NCBI GenBank assembly: GCA_047517345.1 | Contig: JAKZTB010000036.1 | Coordinates: forward strand, 1,503 to 65,502 | Source: Alphaproteobacteria bacterium | GTDB taxonomy: Bacteria > Pseudomonadota > Alphaproteobacteria > UBA8366 > GCA-2717185 | Direction: 5' to 3' | DNA length: 64,000 nucleotides | In this document: positions 18,703-29,187 of the stretch, piece by piece | Layout of the letters: each line of letters starts with the position of its first letter | How positions within the stretch are numbered: the stretch's first letter is position 1 | Notes under the pieces: model-generated | What the model saw: only the letters and a program-made list of their open reading frames with translations | The model's database searches: none | What the model was told of the DNA's origin: nothing | Translations under genes and position numbers: made by a program

Positions 18703-19661
18703 GATAACACCGTTCCGGCGGGAAATTTGTAGCCACGCAAAAAAGACGCGCTGTCGACGGGGCCCTTGCCGCTTCGTTGTACGATTAGAAGACGTAGCGC
18801 GCCCTCGCTGCACGCGATGGTCAGCCGGTCGTCGAGTACGGTGCCGGGCTCCGCCGAGCCGTCGGCCTGGCGTGCTTCCAAAACTTTTATGCGGGCGCCG
18901 TCATGTTCGAACCAGGCGCCCGGCCAAGGTGAGAACGCCCGAACGGTGCGGGCTAGATAGGCGGACGGTTGCGTCCAATCGAGGTTTCCTTCACCGCGGG
19001 TCAATTTTTCCGCATAGCACGTACCCGATTCCGACTGCGGCGTCGCGTCGAGTGAACCGGCGTACAGACCGTCCAACGCCTCGACGATCAGCGACGCACC
19101 AAGTGTCGCCAGCGCGTCGTGCAGATCGCGCGCGGTCGTCGTTTCCGTGATCGGCATGGTCCGCGACGACAGGATGGCCCCAGTATCGAGACCCGCATCC
19201 ATTTGCGTGATCGTAATGCCGGTCTCGTCGTCGCCGGCCAAGATGGCGCGCTGAATCGGTGCCGCGCCCCGCCAGCGCGGCAACAATGAGGCGTGAATGT
19301 TGAGACAACCGAACCGTGGCACGTCGAGGATCGCTTGCGGCAGGATCAGCCCGTACGCGGTCACCACCGCCGCGTCCGCATCGAGCGCCGCGAATGCGGT
19401 CTGCTCCGCCTCGTCGCGCAATGACGTCGGCGTGCGCACCTCGATGCCGTGTGCGGCGGCGAATTCATGGACCGGGGTCGGTCGTTCCTTCTGCCCGCGG
19501 CCGGCGCGGCGTGGTGGTTGGCTATAGACGCACACGACCGAATGGCCGGCCTCGATCAGCGCCGCCAAAGCCGGAACGGCGAAGTCGGGCGTTCCCATGA
19601 AGACGAGCCGCGAAGGCGGCCGCTGTCCGCCGATCGCCCGATCAGTCGGCGGCGGCGTCAT
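18699..19661 (-). CDS. fmt: methionyl-tRNA formyltransferase
   Basis: Motifs [31 protein letters not shown]. It lies downstream of def as usual. The exact start is uncertain. Confidence 0.92.
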   Translation of the reverse strand: MTPPPTDRAIGGQRPPSRLVFMGTPDFAVPALAALIEAGHSVVCVYSQPPRRAGRGQKERPTPVHEFAAAHGIEVRTPTSLRDEAEQTAFAALDADAAVVTAYGLILPQAILDVPRFGCLNIHASLLPRWRGAAPIQRAILAGDDETGITITQMDAGLDTGAILSSRTMPITETTTARDLHDALATLGASLIVEALDGLYAGSLDATPQSESGTCYAEKLTRGEGNLDWTQPSAYLARTVRAFSPWPGAWFEHDGARIKVLEARQADGSAEPGTVLDDRLTIACSEGALRLLIVQRSGKGPVDSASFLRGYKFPAGTVLS

Positions 19662-20172
19662 GCGCCTTCAGCTTCTTTGATTTGACGAGTTTGCGCAGGA
19701 TCATGTTGCGCTTGAGGGCCGAGATGTGGTCGACGAACAGCATGCCCTCGAGGTGATCCATCTCATGCTGGACACAGGTCGCAAGAATTTCGTCGGCTTC
19801 GAGTTCCTGGCGTTCGTTGTTCTCGTCGAGATAGCGGACTTTGATCTTTGCCGGCCGTTCGACCTCGGCGTAGTGATCCGGCAGCGAGAGACAGCCTTCC
19901 TCGTAGGTCCACAATTCTTCGGAAACATAGAGAAGCTCCGGATTGGCCATCTTGACCGGTGCCGAATCCTCGTCCTTGCCCGACGAGTCGATGACGATCA
20001 CCCGTTTCGTGACGCCGACCTGGGGTGCGGCCAATCCGATACCGGGCGCCAGATACATCGTCTCCAGCATATCCGCCATCAGCTTTGCGACGGCCTCGTC
20101 GACCTTGTCGACCGGCGCGCACTTCTTTTTCAGACGCGGATCGGGTGCGATGATGATGGGAAGTGTGGCCAT
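19642..20172 (-). CDS. def: peptide deformylase
   Basis: 176 aa with [15 protein letters not shown] and QHEMDHL motifs. Confidence 0.95.
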   Translation of the reverse strand: MATLPIIIAPDPRLKKKCAPVDKVDEAVAKLMADMLETMYLAPGIGLAAPQVGVTKRVIVIDSSGKDEDSAPVKMANPELLYVSEELWTYEEGCLSLPDHYAEVERPAKIKVRYLDENNERQELEADEILATCVQHEMDHLEGMLFVDHISALKRNMILRKLVKSKKLKAHDAAAD

Positions 20173-20275
20173 GTGTTTCTCAAACGTTCTGCCGCACTTA
20201 CCTATTGTCCAAGCGGTGCGGCGTCAAGGCAGGCGCCCGAATCGATGCTATGTTAGGCGGTACGGATTTGGAGAA

Positions 20276-21721
20276 ATGCCCATGGATTTGCTGATTCCCG
20301 GACTTGCCGTGGCGGCGGCGCTTGCGATCGCGATGTACTTCGCGTTTTCGCGTGCGCGCGGCCTCAACGAGCAGGGTGCGCAGTTGCGCGAAGAACTCAC
20401 GAGTGAACGCGGCCGGGCCGCGGCGGCGGAAGCGAATGCGAGCGAGGCCGGCGCCCGTATCGGCGAAATCGGCGCGCAATTGGCCGAAAGCAAGGAAGTC
20501 AGGGAGAAACTGGCCGCGGATTTGGAGGAGGCGAAGGATGCGCGCCGCGAGGCGGAAAAGAACACGGCGCTGGCGCAGCAGAAAATCGAAGAAATGCAGA
20601 CGAAGATGGCGGATTGGGGCAAGACCAAGGACGAGGCCATGGCCGCAGCCCGTGCGGCCATGCTGTCCACCGCGACCGAGCTTTCGAACAAACTTCTCGA
20701 AGACCACAAGCGCGAGGCGAAATCCGCGAAGGAAGACGGCGAGAAGCGCGTCCAGGAGGCGAGCGGCAAGCTGCTGACCCAATTCGAGACCCTGTCCAAG
20801 ACGGTGTCGTCCCTGAACGACCAGGTCACCGTGAACCGCGATGCGGTGGATGTGATCGAACGCGCCCTGTCAAACCCGGCGAGCGCCGGTTTCGCCGCCG
20901 AAACCGTGCTGGAGAACACGCTTAAGTCCTTTGGCCTCACCGCCGGCACCGATTTCGTGCTGCAACGGACTTTCGGATCGGAAGATGGCGGACGGCTGCG
21001 GCCTGATGCCATCGTGTTCATGCCGGCCGACGCGGTTCTGGTCATCGACAGCAAGGCGTCGAAATACCTGATGGCATTGGCGCAGGCCGATGACGACGAG
21101 GCCGAAACCGCGATTTACGCCAAGCTGGCGGAAACGATGAATCAGCATTTAAGGGATCTTGCCGGGAAGAATTATCGCGCCGCCGTTCAAGCCGATTACA
21201 AGGCGGCCGGTCGCGGCGACGAGGTGCGCCAGTTGATCAGCATCATGTGGTTGCCGAACGATGCTGCGGTCGAAAAGGTGCGGAATGCCGATCCCGATTT
21301 TCATCAGAAGGCGTCCCGGCACGGGATATTCGTGGTCGGCCCCACCGGCCTGTGGACCGCCATTGGGATTGCGGGAATGCATGTCAATCTCGGCCGTCAG
21401 GCGGAAAATCGGGACAAAATCGTCGAGTCGGTTCATGCGTTGATCGAAAGCCTGACGGTGATGCTCGAACACGCGGGCGGAGTCGGGCGCGGCCTCAGGT
21501 CGGCGGCCAATTTCTATGTGAAACTGTCCGGTTCTATAAATTCGCGAATTCTGCCGCGCGCGCGCAAACTGGTCGAACAAGGTATCGAGGCGCCGACGAG
21601 GGGGTTGCCGAAAACGATACCGTCTTATCAGGTCGTCGACACCGAGATGGCGGACGTCATCGATTCCGAAGCGGAGATCGTCGACAATGTCAGGGAATTG
21701 CCGTTGCCGGCCGGCGAGTGA
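20276..21721 (+). CDS. rmuC: DNA recombination protein RmuC
   Basis: The long ORF 19943..21721 was trimmed to the ATG at 20276 (MPMDLLIPGLAV.. TM anchor). It has a long coiled-coil and a RmuC C-terminal nuclease-like domain. Confidence 0.85.
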   Translation: MPMDLLIPGLAVAAALAIAMYFAFSRARGLNEQGAQLREELTSERGRAAAAEANASEAGARIGEIGAQLAESKEVREKLAADLEEAKDARREAEKNTALAQQKIEEMQTKMADWGKTKDEAMAAARAAMLSTATELSNKLLEDHKREAKSAKEDGEKRVQEASGKLLTQFETLSKTVSSLNDQVTVNRDAVDVIERALSNPASAGFAAETVLENTLKSFGLTAGTDFVLQRTFGSEDGGRLRPDAIVFMPADAVLVIDSKASKYLMALAQADDDEAETAIYAKLAETMNQHLRDLAGKNYRAAVQADYKAAGRGDEVRQLISIMWLPNDAAVEKVRNADPDFHQKASRHGIFVVGPTGLWTAIGIAGMHVNLGRQAENRDKIVESVHALIESLTVMLEHAGGVGRGLRSAANFYVKLSGSINSRILPRARKLVEQGIEAPTRGLPKTIPSYQVVDTEMADVIDSEAEIVDNVRELPLPAGE

Positions 21722-23040
21722 TGTTCGCCACGGTCCGAAAGGCGCGGAAACTTCCCGCCGATGGGGCGAAAAACGGCTGGTATGAGACATTGCCGGAGCC
21801 GCCGCCGGCACATCCTGTTCAAGAGTCGATAGCCGTCGACTGGGCGGTCATCGGAGCCGGTGTATGCGGCCTTACGGTTGCACGACGGCTCGCCGAGTTG
21901 CGGCCTTCAGACAGTGTCGCGCTTATCGATGCGGAACGGGTCGGTTACGGAACTTCCGGCCGCAACGCCGGGTTCCTGCTCAAGGGCCACAGCCATGGCG
22001 GCGAGAAAGATTTCGAGGTCGGGCGGCGCAACGACCGGCTGTGCGCGGCGGGCCTCGAACAAATTCGCGACATCGTCATGCGGTATCAGATCCAGTGCGA
22101 CTGGAGCGATTGGGGCCGTATCTATGTCGCGTCGGGTGCGCCGGGCGAGACCCACCTCAAGCATCTCGCGACAGGCCTCGACGGTATCGGTACGGAATTC
22201 AGCACGGTCGACCGCGACGGCATGGAGCGGGTCACTGGGACGCGGTTCTATTCGTGCGGCATCCGGACCGGCGACGGGGCCCTGGTGCAGCCGGCAGCGC
22301 TCATGCGCGGGCTCGGCGCGACCCTGCCGGCCAACGTCACCCTGTACGAGGAAAGTCCGGTCGCGGAGATACACCGGGACGACGGCTATCGCCTGATCTG
22401 CCCCAAGGGCGAGATACGGGCGCGCCAAATCGTTCTGGCCAACCATGTCTTCGCCGAGGAGCTCGGCATCGCGCGGAACCGGGTCGTGCCGATCGCATTG
22501 TTCGCCAGCCTCACCCGGCCCTTGAACGATGGCGAATTAACGTTGGTCGGCGGCGGGGCGGAATTCGGATTGCTGCCGGCGAGCCCGAATGGCAGCACCG
22601 TGCGGCTGACCCAGGACGGCCGCATCCTGATGCGTAACACCATGGCCTATGCCCGCGCCAAGCGCTACGACGACCGGCAGATGGACGAGGCGCGTACCAA
22701 CCACCGCGAGGGCATCCTGCGCCGTTGGCCGGAATTGGCCGGAATCGAATTCGACGGCACCTGGGGCGGAATGCTCGGCTTCACCCGCAACGGCGGCGTC
22801 GTGTTCGGCGAGATGGCGCCGGGCCTGCATGCGGTAATGACGACCGACGCCGCGCCGCTGACCCGCGGGGCGACGGCCGGCAAGCTTCTCGCCGAACAAA
22901 TTTGCGGCGTCGACAGCGCTTTGTTGCAAGACATGCGCGCCTTGCCGAAAGCGGCGCTACTGCCGCCCGACCCCTTCCTGCAATTCATCGTCAACCGCCG
23001 GCTTCACAAAAACGAAACCGATGAAGCCGGCGAGCTGTAA
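21721..23040 (+). CDS. FAD-dependent oxidoreductase (DAO family)
   Basis: The ATG at 21721 overlaps the rmuC TGA (TGATG). It has a Rossmann dinucleotide motif (VIGAGVCGLTVARRLA) followed by GTSGRNAG. Confidence 0.8.
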   Translation: MFATVRKARKLPADGAKNGWYETLPEPPPAHPVQESIAVDWAVIGAGVCGLTVARRLAELRPSDSVALIDAERVGYGTSGRNAGFLLKGHSHGGEKDFEVGRRNDRLCAAGLEQIRDIVMRYQIQCDWSDWGRIYVASGAPGETHLKHLATGLDGIGTEFSTVDRDGMERVTGTRFYSCGIRTGDGALVQPAALMRGLGATLPANVTLYEESPVAEIHRDDGYRLICPKGEIRARQIVLANHVFAEELGIARNRVVPIALFASLTRPLNDGELTLVGGGAEFGLLPASPNGSTVRLTQDGRILMRNTMAYARAKRYDDRQMDEARTNHREGILRRWPELAGIEFDGTWGGMLGFTRNGGVVFGEMAPGLHAVMTTDAAPLTRGATAGKLLAEQICGVDSALLQDMRALPKAALLPPDPFLQFIVNRRLHKNETDEAGEL

Positions 23041-23066
23041 GAACTTAAAAATCTAATCTCTGCCAA

Positions 23067-23975
23067 TCAGTTAGTGCAGCACCATTGGCCGAATTCCATT
23101 CCTAATTGGGAGGACAATGCGCGCATCAGTGCGTTGCGGCGGATCGGCTTTTCGGAGAGGGCATCGTTCACACCGTCTGCCGTCTGTTTTACGAGTGCGC
23201 TAATCGCCTTCTGCAGAATAGCGAAGTCATCGACGACCCGCAGCCTACTCATCCCGTTGTCGGGATGGCGCCGCAACTCGTCGGACGGCCCCGCATTCTC
23301 ATCGCTCAATTCGTCCCAACGCAGCGTCAGACTTTCGAATGCCTGTCCATTTGTCAGCCGCGCATGGATGCCGCCAATCGGTTCCTCAAGACCGAATTCG
23401 ATCTCTCCGCCTCCATCGCCGTTGGCGATTACCGGGCCGGACATCTTAAGTTTGATCAGCCTTTCGGACTCGCCGATCAACAACCTTTCAATCGTTCCAC
23501 GGGTCGCCTCCCCGCGTTTGATGTAAAATTGCCCGTCAAGGCGGAATTGATCCCCAACGCGGTCCCCGCAGCTAAAGCGAACCTGTATAGCCCAATCGCC
23601 GAGGTTGGTCTTGGTGAACGCGCAAGCGGATTCCAGGAGGCGGCGTGCGGTATTTGCGGTTTGGCTAACCTTGAAGAGGTAATTATCCAAAGCCCGGATA
23701 TCGGGTTCCGCCAGGAATTCCGAAAGGCCCGCTATCACGCTGTCGGCGGCGTCCCGGTCCGAGGGTCTTTGGGAGATAGCGTGCGGTCTTGGCGCAAGCG
23801 GATCCAAATCCCCGGTCACGCTAGACGAGGCATCCAGGGGATCTCGATGGGGAATGCGAGGACTCGGAATTTGCATGCCATCAGGCCAATGGTCGCGCCA
23901 ACCGGCTGAAAAGGTTTCTTCAATGCCGTTCGAATATCGCTCATAACCGCGTTCGCCACTCAGGCGGTATTGCAA
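23067..23975 (-). CDS. hypothetical protein (orphan, lower-GC islet)
   Basis: 302-aa ORF with a TTG start (the first ATG is at 23876). No recognisable domain. Local GC is clearly below the flanks. Confidence 0.5.
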   Translation of the reverse strand: MQYRLSGERGYERYSNGIEETFSAGWRDHWPDGMQIPSPRIPHRDPLDASSSVTGDLDPLAPRPHAISQRPSDRDAADSVIAGLSEFLAEPDIRALDNYLFKVSQTANTARRLLESACAFTKTNLGDWAIQVRFSCGDRVGDQFRLDGQFYIKRGEATRGTIERLLIGESERLIKLKMSGPVIANGDGGGEIEFGLEEPIGGIHARLTNGQAFESLTLRWDELSDENAGPSDELRRHPDNGMSRLRVVDDFAILQKAISALVKQTADGVNDALSEKPIRRNALMRALSSQLGMEFGQWCCTN

Positions 23976-24062
23976 TATTGCGGTGAAAAGGTCCCCGCAA
24001 CAGCGCGCGGAAACGGCACAAGCCTTTTGCCAGAGTAACTTGTGAAATTCAAAAAGACCGGC

Positions 24063-24809
24063 TCAATTTATCGAGCTCCCGATGCGAAACGCGGGCAGCG
24101 TCCCTCTTGCCGAAAGGTTGGCCGGCACGCCATGGAAGCTGCTGCGCTGCTCGAGCAGAAGTTTCGCGATTTTCGGATTGCTATTTGTTTCCGCCCAAGG
24201 TGGCTCGGACCAAATGGGGCCACCATTTTGATGGCACCCCATGCAAAGCATGCGGCTCGCGGGGGATACCGTCGGCGTAAGGCCGGGCCCGTAATCATCC
24301 ACCCGCTGGAATTCAAAACGCCCGGCACTCTCATTGTAGCTGATCACTTCAATCGCATTGGCCTTTTCCTGGTACCCAAGGAACAAGCGATCCCTGAGCA
24401 GGAATCCCGCATGATCCGGTGACGTCGCCGGCTCCGCATCGACTGCGACGATCACTCTTGGGTACCGGAAATACTCCGGCTCCGCCGCGTAGCGCTGCAG
24501 GGAACGTCCGAGTGGGATCAGCACTTGGAGAAGAGACGGAGCCCCTTTTTCACCGACCGCTAAATTCGCCGCAATCCGTTCCATGAGCGCGGTGAACGGA
24601 TATGGCACGTCGTAAGTGACGGTGCCGCCGCTCTGCTGTCTGAACAGTTTATTGAACAGCGTTCCTGTCGATCCCGTAACTTCAGCCTGTTCAATAGTTG
24701 TGCTGGGAATTGCCGGCGCGACACTTTCAGCAGAGACGAGCGTCACCATGGCCGGGAGAGCGGCACAAAACGCCAAAGCGGACCAAAAATTCCTTGCGCG
24801 CGCATTCAT
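24063..24809 (-). CDS. secreted hypothetical protein with a single CXXCH haem-c motif
   Basis: Signal peptide (MNARARNFWSALAFCAALPAMVTLVSA) and one CMGCH motif near residue 190. No well-characterised cytochrome family recognised. Confidence 0.6.
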   Translation of the reverse strand: MNARARNFWSALAFCAALPAMVTLVSAESVAPAIPSTTIEQAEVTGSTGTLFNKLFRQQSGGTVTYDVPYPFTALMERIAANLAVGEKGAPSLLQVLIPLGRSLQRYAAEPEYFRYPRVIVAVDAEPATSPDHAGFLLRDRLFLGYQEKANAIEVISYNESAGRFEFQRVDDYGPGLTPTVSPASRMLCMGCHQNGGPIWSEPPWAETNSNPKIAKLLLEQRSSFHGVPANLSARGTLPAFRIGSSIN

Positions 24810-24988
24810 CCGACTATTCCCGGATATGCTTCAAGTTCGCGGAAATCGTACCTTGGAATCAATTTCGTTACACTATCGAACCCTGTTTCGATAAGAAGAA
24901 CGCGGATTAAGCAAACATAAGGCTAGGCCTTGGTAATTGCCCATGGATGGAACGTTGCCGTGCCGCTCGCTTAGCCAGGGAGGCCGCC

Positions 24989-26371
24989 ATGCGACCGAAT
25001 GAGCCAAATCTCGACCTGCGTAGCTTCCTCGGCGATCTGGAAGAAGCCGATCCGGACAGCATTCTGCGCATTCCGGAACCGGTCGGCATCGATTTCGATG
25101 TGACCGCCATTGCCATGGAATTGGAGCGGCAGGGCCGCGCGCCGGTCCTGTGGTTCGAGAAGGTCGGCCAATCGCCGTTTCCGGTTGTCACCAACCTGTT
25201 CGGAGACCGTAGGCGCTATGCCCAGGCGCTCGGCGTCGCCGAAGAGGATCTGATCGAGACCTGGGCCGGGCTCGGCGACGCGGTGATCGAACCGGTGGTC
25301 CGCGACACCGGTCCGATCCTCGATGTCGTTTTAACCGGCGACGCGGTCGATCTCGCCTATCTGCCGATCCTGAATCATTTCGCGGAAGATGGCGGGCGCT
25401 ATGTGACCAACGGGATCGTCGTCGCCAAGGACCCGGATATGGGTATGCGCAACGCCAGCTATCACCGGCTCCAGGTCATGGGCAAGACCCGCTTCGGCAC
25501 CAGCCTGCACAGCCGACGCCACCTGTGGAACTATGCCGGGCGCGCCGCGGAACGCAACGAGCCGATCCCGGTTTCCATCGTGATCGGGCACCATCCGCTG
25601 TTCGCGTTCGGCAGCGGCTTGTGGAAAGGGCCGATCGATGCCGACGAATACGCCGTCGCCGGCGGTTTCATGAGCCAGCCGCTGGAACTGGTCGAAGGCG
25701 TGACCGTGCCGGTCGAAGCACCGGCGAATGCGGAGTTCGTTCTCGAAGGCCATATCGTGCCGGGAGAACAAGTGGACGAAGGGCCGTTCGCCGAGTTCAC
25801 CGGCTACGCCTCGGCGCGCTCGACGCAGCACGTTATCGAGGTCAGCGCTATCCTGCACCGCAAGGACGCGATCTACCAGGACATCGTCTCCGGAATCTCC
25901 GACGAGCATACCGGCTTATTGGCAGTACCGATGGAGGCGCGGCTGCTCAAGGTGCTGCGGCAGAACTATCCCAACGTGACCGGTGTGGCGATGCCGAAAT
26001 CCGGCACCTGCCGGATGCATGCCTATATCGCCATGAAGGACCCGGCGCCGGGCCAGGCCAAGAACGCCGCCGCGACCGCGCTGGGCGAAGACCTCAGCCT
26101 GAAGCTGGTAGTGGTCGTCGACAGCGATGTGGATATCACGAGCGACCAGGACGTGATGTGGGCGATCTGCACCCGCATGCAGGCCGACACCGACGTCGAC
26201 ATCCTGAAGAACTGCATGGGCGCGATCCTCGACCCGTCGAACCATGACGGGCTGACCGCCAAGATGATCATCGACGCGACCAAACCCGGCGGCGACTTTC
26301 CCGCCCGCCACACGATTCCGGCGGACGCGGCGGCGCGGGCGCGGGCGCTGATCGGGAAGGATTCGGCGTAG
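24989..26371 (+). CDS. UbiD-family (prFMN-dependent) decarboxylase
   Basis: ORF 24947..26371, with the ATG at 24989. It is collinear with UbiD-family proteins (..NLFGDRRRYA.., ..NASYHRLQV.., ..EGPFAEFTGYA..). No ubiX is present in the window. Confidence 0.85.
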   Translation: MRPNEPNLDLRSFLGDLEEADPDSILRIPEPVGIDFDVTAIAMELERQGRAPVLWFEKVGQSPFPVVTNLFGDRRRYAQALGVAEEDLIETWAGLGDAVIEPVVRDTGPILDVVLTGDAVDLAYLPILNHFAEDGGRYVTNGIVVAKDPDMGMRNASYHRLQVMGKTRFGTSLHSRRHLWNYAGRAAERNEPIPVSIVIGHHPLFAFGSGLWKGPIDADEYAVAGGFMSQPLELVEGVTVPVEAPANAEFVLEGHIVPGEQVDEGPFAEFTGYASARSTQHVIEVSAILHRKDAIYQDIVSGISDEHTGLLAVPMEARLLKVLRQNYPNVTGVAMPKSGTCRMHAYIAMKDPAPGQAKNAAATALGEDLSLKLVVVVDSDVDITSDQDVMWAICTRMQADTDVDILKNCMGAILDPSNHDGLTAKMIIDATKPGGDFPARHTIPADAAARARALIGKDSA

Positions 26372-26381
26372 CGAATTAAAT

Positions 26382-28718
26382 TTACGATCCGGCCTGTACC
26401 TCCCGAAGCGCCCGCACCACCTTTTCCGGTGTGATCGGCAGGTCGAAGACACGGGTGCCGATGGCGTCGGCGACGGCGTTGGCGATGGCGGGGGCAACCG
26501 GGGTCAGGCTCGGTTCGCCGATGCCCTTGGCGCCGAACGGGCCGAGACCGCTGCGCGATTCGAGAATGATGCACTTGATCTCCGGCATATCCATCGAGGT
26601 CGGGATCAGGTACTCGCTGAAGCTGGGACTGACCAGCTTGCCCTCCTCATAGATCAGCTCCTCGCTCAGCGCGTAGCCTTGCCCCATCAGGGCGCCGCCC
26701 TCGATCTGGCCTTCCACCGCCTGCGGGTTGATGGCCTGGCCGATATCGTGTGCGCCGACGCTTTTCAGCACCGTGACCTCGCCGGTTTCGGTGTCGACCG
26801 CGACTTCGACCGCATGGCAGCCATAGGTGAAGTCGGGGAAGACCGGGCCCTGTCCCGTATCCGCGTCGATCGGGTCGGTGAAGGGCGCCCGGAACATGGC
26901 CAGTTCGGACCGTGCGACCCCTTCCGAGGCGCCGCGCGCCGCGAGATCCTTCAGCGATATTGATATCGACGGCTCGTCGATCACGAAAGCCTGCCCGTTC
27001 GCCAGGTCGACCTCTTCCGGCTGCGCGCCGAGTTCCTGTGCGGCGAAGGCGACGAGGCGCTCTCGGAGGATCGTGCTCGCCTTGTGCACGGCGCTGCCGG
27101 TCATGTAGAGCGCGCGCGTCGCGGTGGTCGTTCCGGCCAGCGGGGTGACGGCGGAATCGCTGTTGTAGATCACCACATCGTCGAGTCCGACGCCGAGTAG
27201 CTCGGCCGCGATTTGTCCCAGCGCCGAGGCCTGCCCGGCGCCGATGTCGGTCACGCCGGAACGCACGATGACGGTGCCGTCGACTTCGACGCCGACCCAG
27301 GCTTCCGAGGTGTCGTGGAACCAGGTGATCCGGCCGTAACTCTGCTGATAGGTCGCGACGCCGCGGCCGATTTTGACCGGTCCCTCGTCCGTGGTCTTCT
27401 CGCCGAGCGCATCCCAGGCCTGGGTCATGCATTCGTCGCTCCAGATCGCGCTCTCCACGGTCTGTCCCGTGGCGGTCTTGTCGCCGGTGCGCATGAAGTT
27501 CCGGCGGCGCAGTTCGAGCCGGTCGATGCCCAGTACCTTGGCGACTTCGTCCATCTGCGCCTCGTAGGCGACGCAGGCTTGCGCCGCCCCGAAGCCGCGG
27601 AAAGCGCTGGTGTACATATTGTTGGTGGCGACTGCGGCGGAATCGATGCTGACATTGTCGATCCGGTAGGGGCCGGGCGCGGCGACGGCGGAATAGAGCA
27701 GTACGTAGGGGCTGAGGAAGACATAGGCGCCGGAATCGGCGCGGATATTAACCTCCAATGCTGTGATTTTGCCGTCCTTTTTTACTCCGGTCTTGTGCGC
27801 GATCACGAAGGGGTGGCGCTTGCCGTGGCCGAGGAAGGAGTCCTCGCGCGTATAGGCGAGACGCACCGGCTTGCGCGTCGCCTGCGCCAGCAGCGCCAAG
27901 TACAACTCGACCGTGATGTCTTCCTTGCCGCCGAAGCCGCCGCCGACCATGGCGCCGAGAATTCGTACCTTATTGTGCGGCACGCCCAGCGCGTCGGCGA
28001 TGAAGCGGAAATGCTCGATGACCTGCGTCGACATGCGGATGTTGATGACGCCGTTCTGGTCGACCCAGGCCAGCCCCACTTCGGGCTCCAGGAAGGCGTG
28101 CTCGATGAACTGGGTCTCGAACGTGTTTTCGACGATGTGGTCGGCCTCGGCGAAGCCCTTCGCGGTATCGCCCTTGCGGATCGTGTGCCGGCCGACGACG
28201 TTATCGGGCTCGGTGACGATGGGGGCGCCCGCTTCGAGGGCCGCCACCATGTCGTAGACGCCGGGCACGGGCTCGATCTCGTAGTCGATCAGGTCGAGCG
28301 CCTTGTCCGCGATGGCCGGTGTCTCGGCCGCAATCAGCGCCAAGGGCTCGCCGTGATGGCGGATGATCTCACGGACCAGAATCTGACGGTCGGTGGCCGC
28401 CCGTTTTTGCCCGGTCTGCCCCGGCATATCGGTCGCCGCCAGCCGGTCCGGCAGTTCCTCCGTCGTCAGCACGCAATGCACGCCGGGCAGGGCTCGCGCC
28501 TTCGACGCATCGAGACGCTTGAGCCGGCCGCTGGCGATCTCGCTGCGCAGCACGCGCGCGTGCAGCATGCCGGGCATGACGTAGTCGCCGGCAAAAAGCG
28601 TGCGCCCGGTTGCCTTGCCTTCGGCGTCGGTGCGCTCCAGCGGTTTGCCGACCTGGCGCAGGACAACGTTGGCTTCGGCCTGCCGTTGTGGCGATCGATC
28701 AGTCATCGCCGCCGCCAT
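26382..28718 (-). CDS. xanthine dehydrogenase/aldehyde oxidase-family molybdopterin-binding large subunit
   Basis: 778 aa with a/b-hammerhead and MoCo-binding domains (GGGFGGK, ..FRGFG.., ..GEPSL..). It is the last gene of a CoxM/S/L-like trio. Confidence 0.9.
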   Translation of the reverse strand: MAAAMTDRSPQRQAEANVVLRQVGKPLERTDAEGKATGRTLFAGDYVMPGMLHARVLRSEIASGRLKRLDASKARALPGVHCVLTTEELPDRLAATDMPGQTGQKRAATDRQILVREIIRHHGEPLALIAAETPAIADKALDLIDYEIEPVPGVYDMVAALEAGAPIVTEPDNVVGRHTIRKGDTAKGFAEADHIVENTFETQFIEHAFLEPEVGLAWVDQNGVINIRMSTQVIEHFRFIADALGVPHNKVRILGAMVGGGFGGKEDITVELYLALLAQATRKPVRLAYTREDSFLGHGKRHPFVIAHKTGVKKDGKITALEVNIRADSGAYVFLSPYVLLYSAVAAPGPYRIDNVSIDSAAVATNNMYTSAFRGFGAAQACVAYEAQMDEVAKVLGIDRLELRRRNFMRTGDKTATGQTVESAIWSDECMTQAWDALGEKTTDEGPVKIGRGVATYQQSYGRITWFHDTSEAWVGVEVDGTVIVRSGVTDIGAGQASALGQIAAELLGVGLDDVVIYNSDSAVTPLAGTTTATRALYMTGSAVHKASTILRERLVAFAAQELGAQPEEVDLANGQAFVIDEPSISISLKDLAARGASEGVARSELAMFRAPFTDPIDADTGQGPVFPDFTYGCHAVEVAVDTETGEVTVLKSVGAHDIGQAINPQAVEGQIEGGALMGQGYALSEELIYEEGKLVSPSFSEYLIPTSMDMPEIKCIILESRSGLGPFGAKGIGEPSLTPVAPAIANAVADAIGTRVFDLPITPEKVVRALREVQAGS

Positions 28719-29187
28719 CGCGCAACGCCGCGGCGGCCTGCTTCACGGCCGCGAAGATCTTCGTGTAGCCGGTGCAGCGGCACAGATTGCCGCTCAGGGC
28801 GAGCGCGATGTCCTCGTCGGTCGGGTCCGGAGTCTCGCGCAGCATCGCCTCGGCCGCGATGATCACGCCCGGCGTGCAGTAGCCGCACTGCACGGCGCCC
28901 TGCTCGAGAAACGCTTTGATGAGCGGGTGGGCATCGTCGGCTCCGGTCAGGCCTTCCAAGGTCGTGATCGAGCGTCCCTCGACGGTCCAGGCCAGGGTCA
29001 GGCAACTGTCGACCGCTTCGCCGTCGATCTGTACGGCGCAGGCGCCGCAATCCCCTTTTTCGCAGCCGCTCTTGACCTCGAAGTGGCCGTGCCGTCGCAG
29101 GCAATCGAGCAGGGTTTCGTTGGCCGGCGCCGTCAGTTCGCGGGCGGCGCCGTTGATCTCGACGGAAATCGCTTTGTCGACGGTCAT
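28699..29187 (-). CDS. (2Fe-2S)-binding small subunit of the Mo-hydroxylase
   Basis: 162 aa with both cluster motifs ([10 protein letters not shown] and CGYCTPG .. NLCRCTGY). Confidence 0.92.
   Translation of the reverse strand: MTVDKAISVEINGAARELTAPANETLLDCLRRHGHFEVKSGCEKGDCGACAVQIDGEAVDSCLTLAWTVEGRSITTLEGLTGADDAHPLIKAFLEQGAVQCGYCTPGVIIAAEAMLRETPDPTDEDIALALSGNLCRCTGYTKIFAAVKQAAAALRDGGGDD

Noticed and set aside
19943-20275. A 111-codon N-terminal extension of the rmuC ORF
   Set aside because: The extension runs antisense through def and has no RmuC-like sequence. The ATG at 20276 gives the expected TM anchor. The same logic was used to trim the ORFs at 21247, 24947, 43873, 52615, 58417 and 9869.
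23067-24809. The two islet ORFs as one gene broken by a frameshift
   Set aside because: They are separated by an 87-nt gap, and I could not find a frame that joins them or any similarity linking the two products. I kept them as separate genes, but the question remains open (see the islet finding).
27213-28862. 549-aa plus-strand ORF (similar cases: 35876..37588 at 570 aa, 32868..34496 at 542 aa, 2893..4089 at 398 aa)
   Set aside because: Each is an antisense or out-of-frame overlap with a well-supported gene (the Mo-hydroxylase large subunit, the amidohydrolase, hyuA, and rlmI plus the kinase). The composition is Arg/Gly/Ala/Pro-rich junk.
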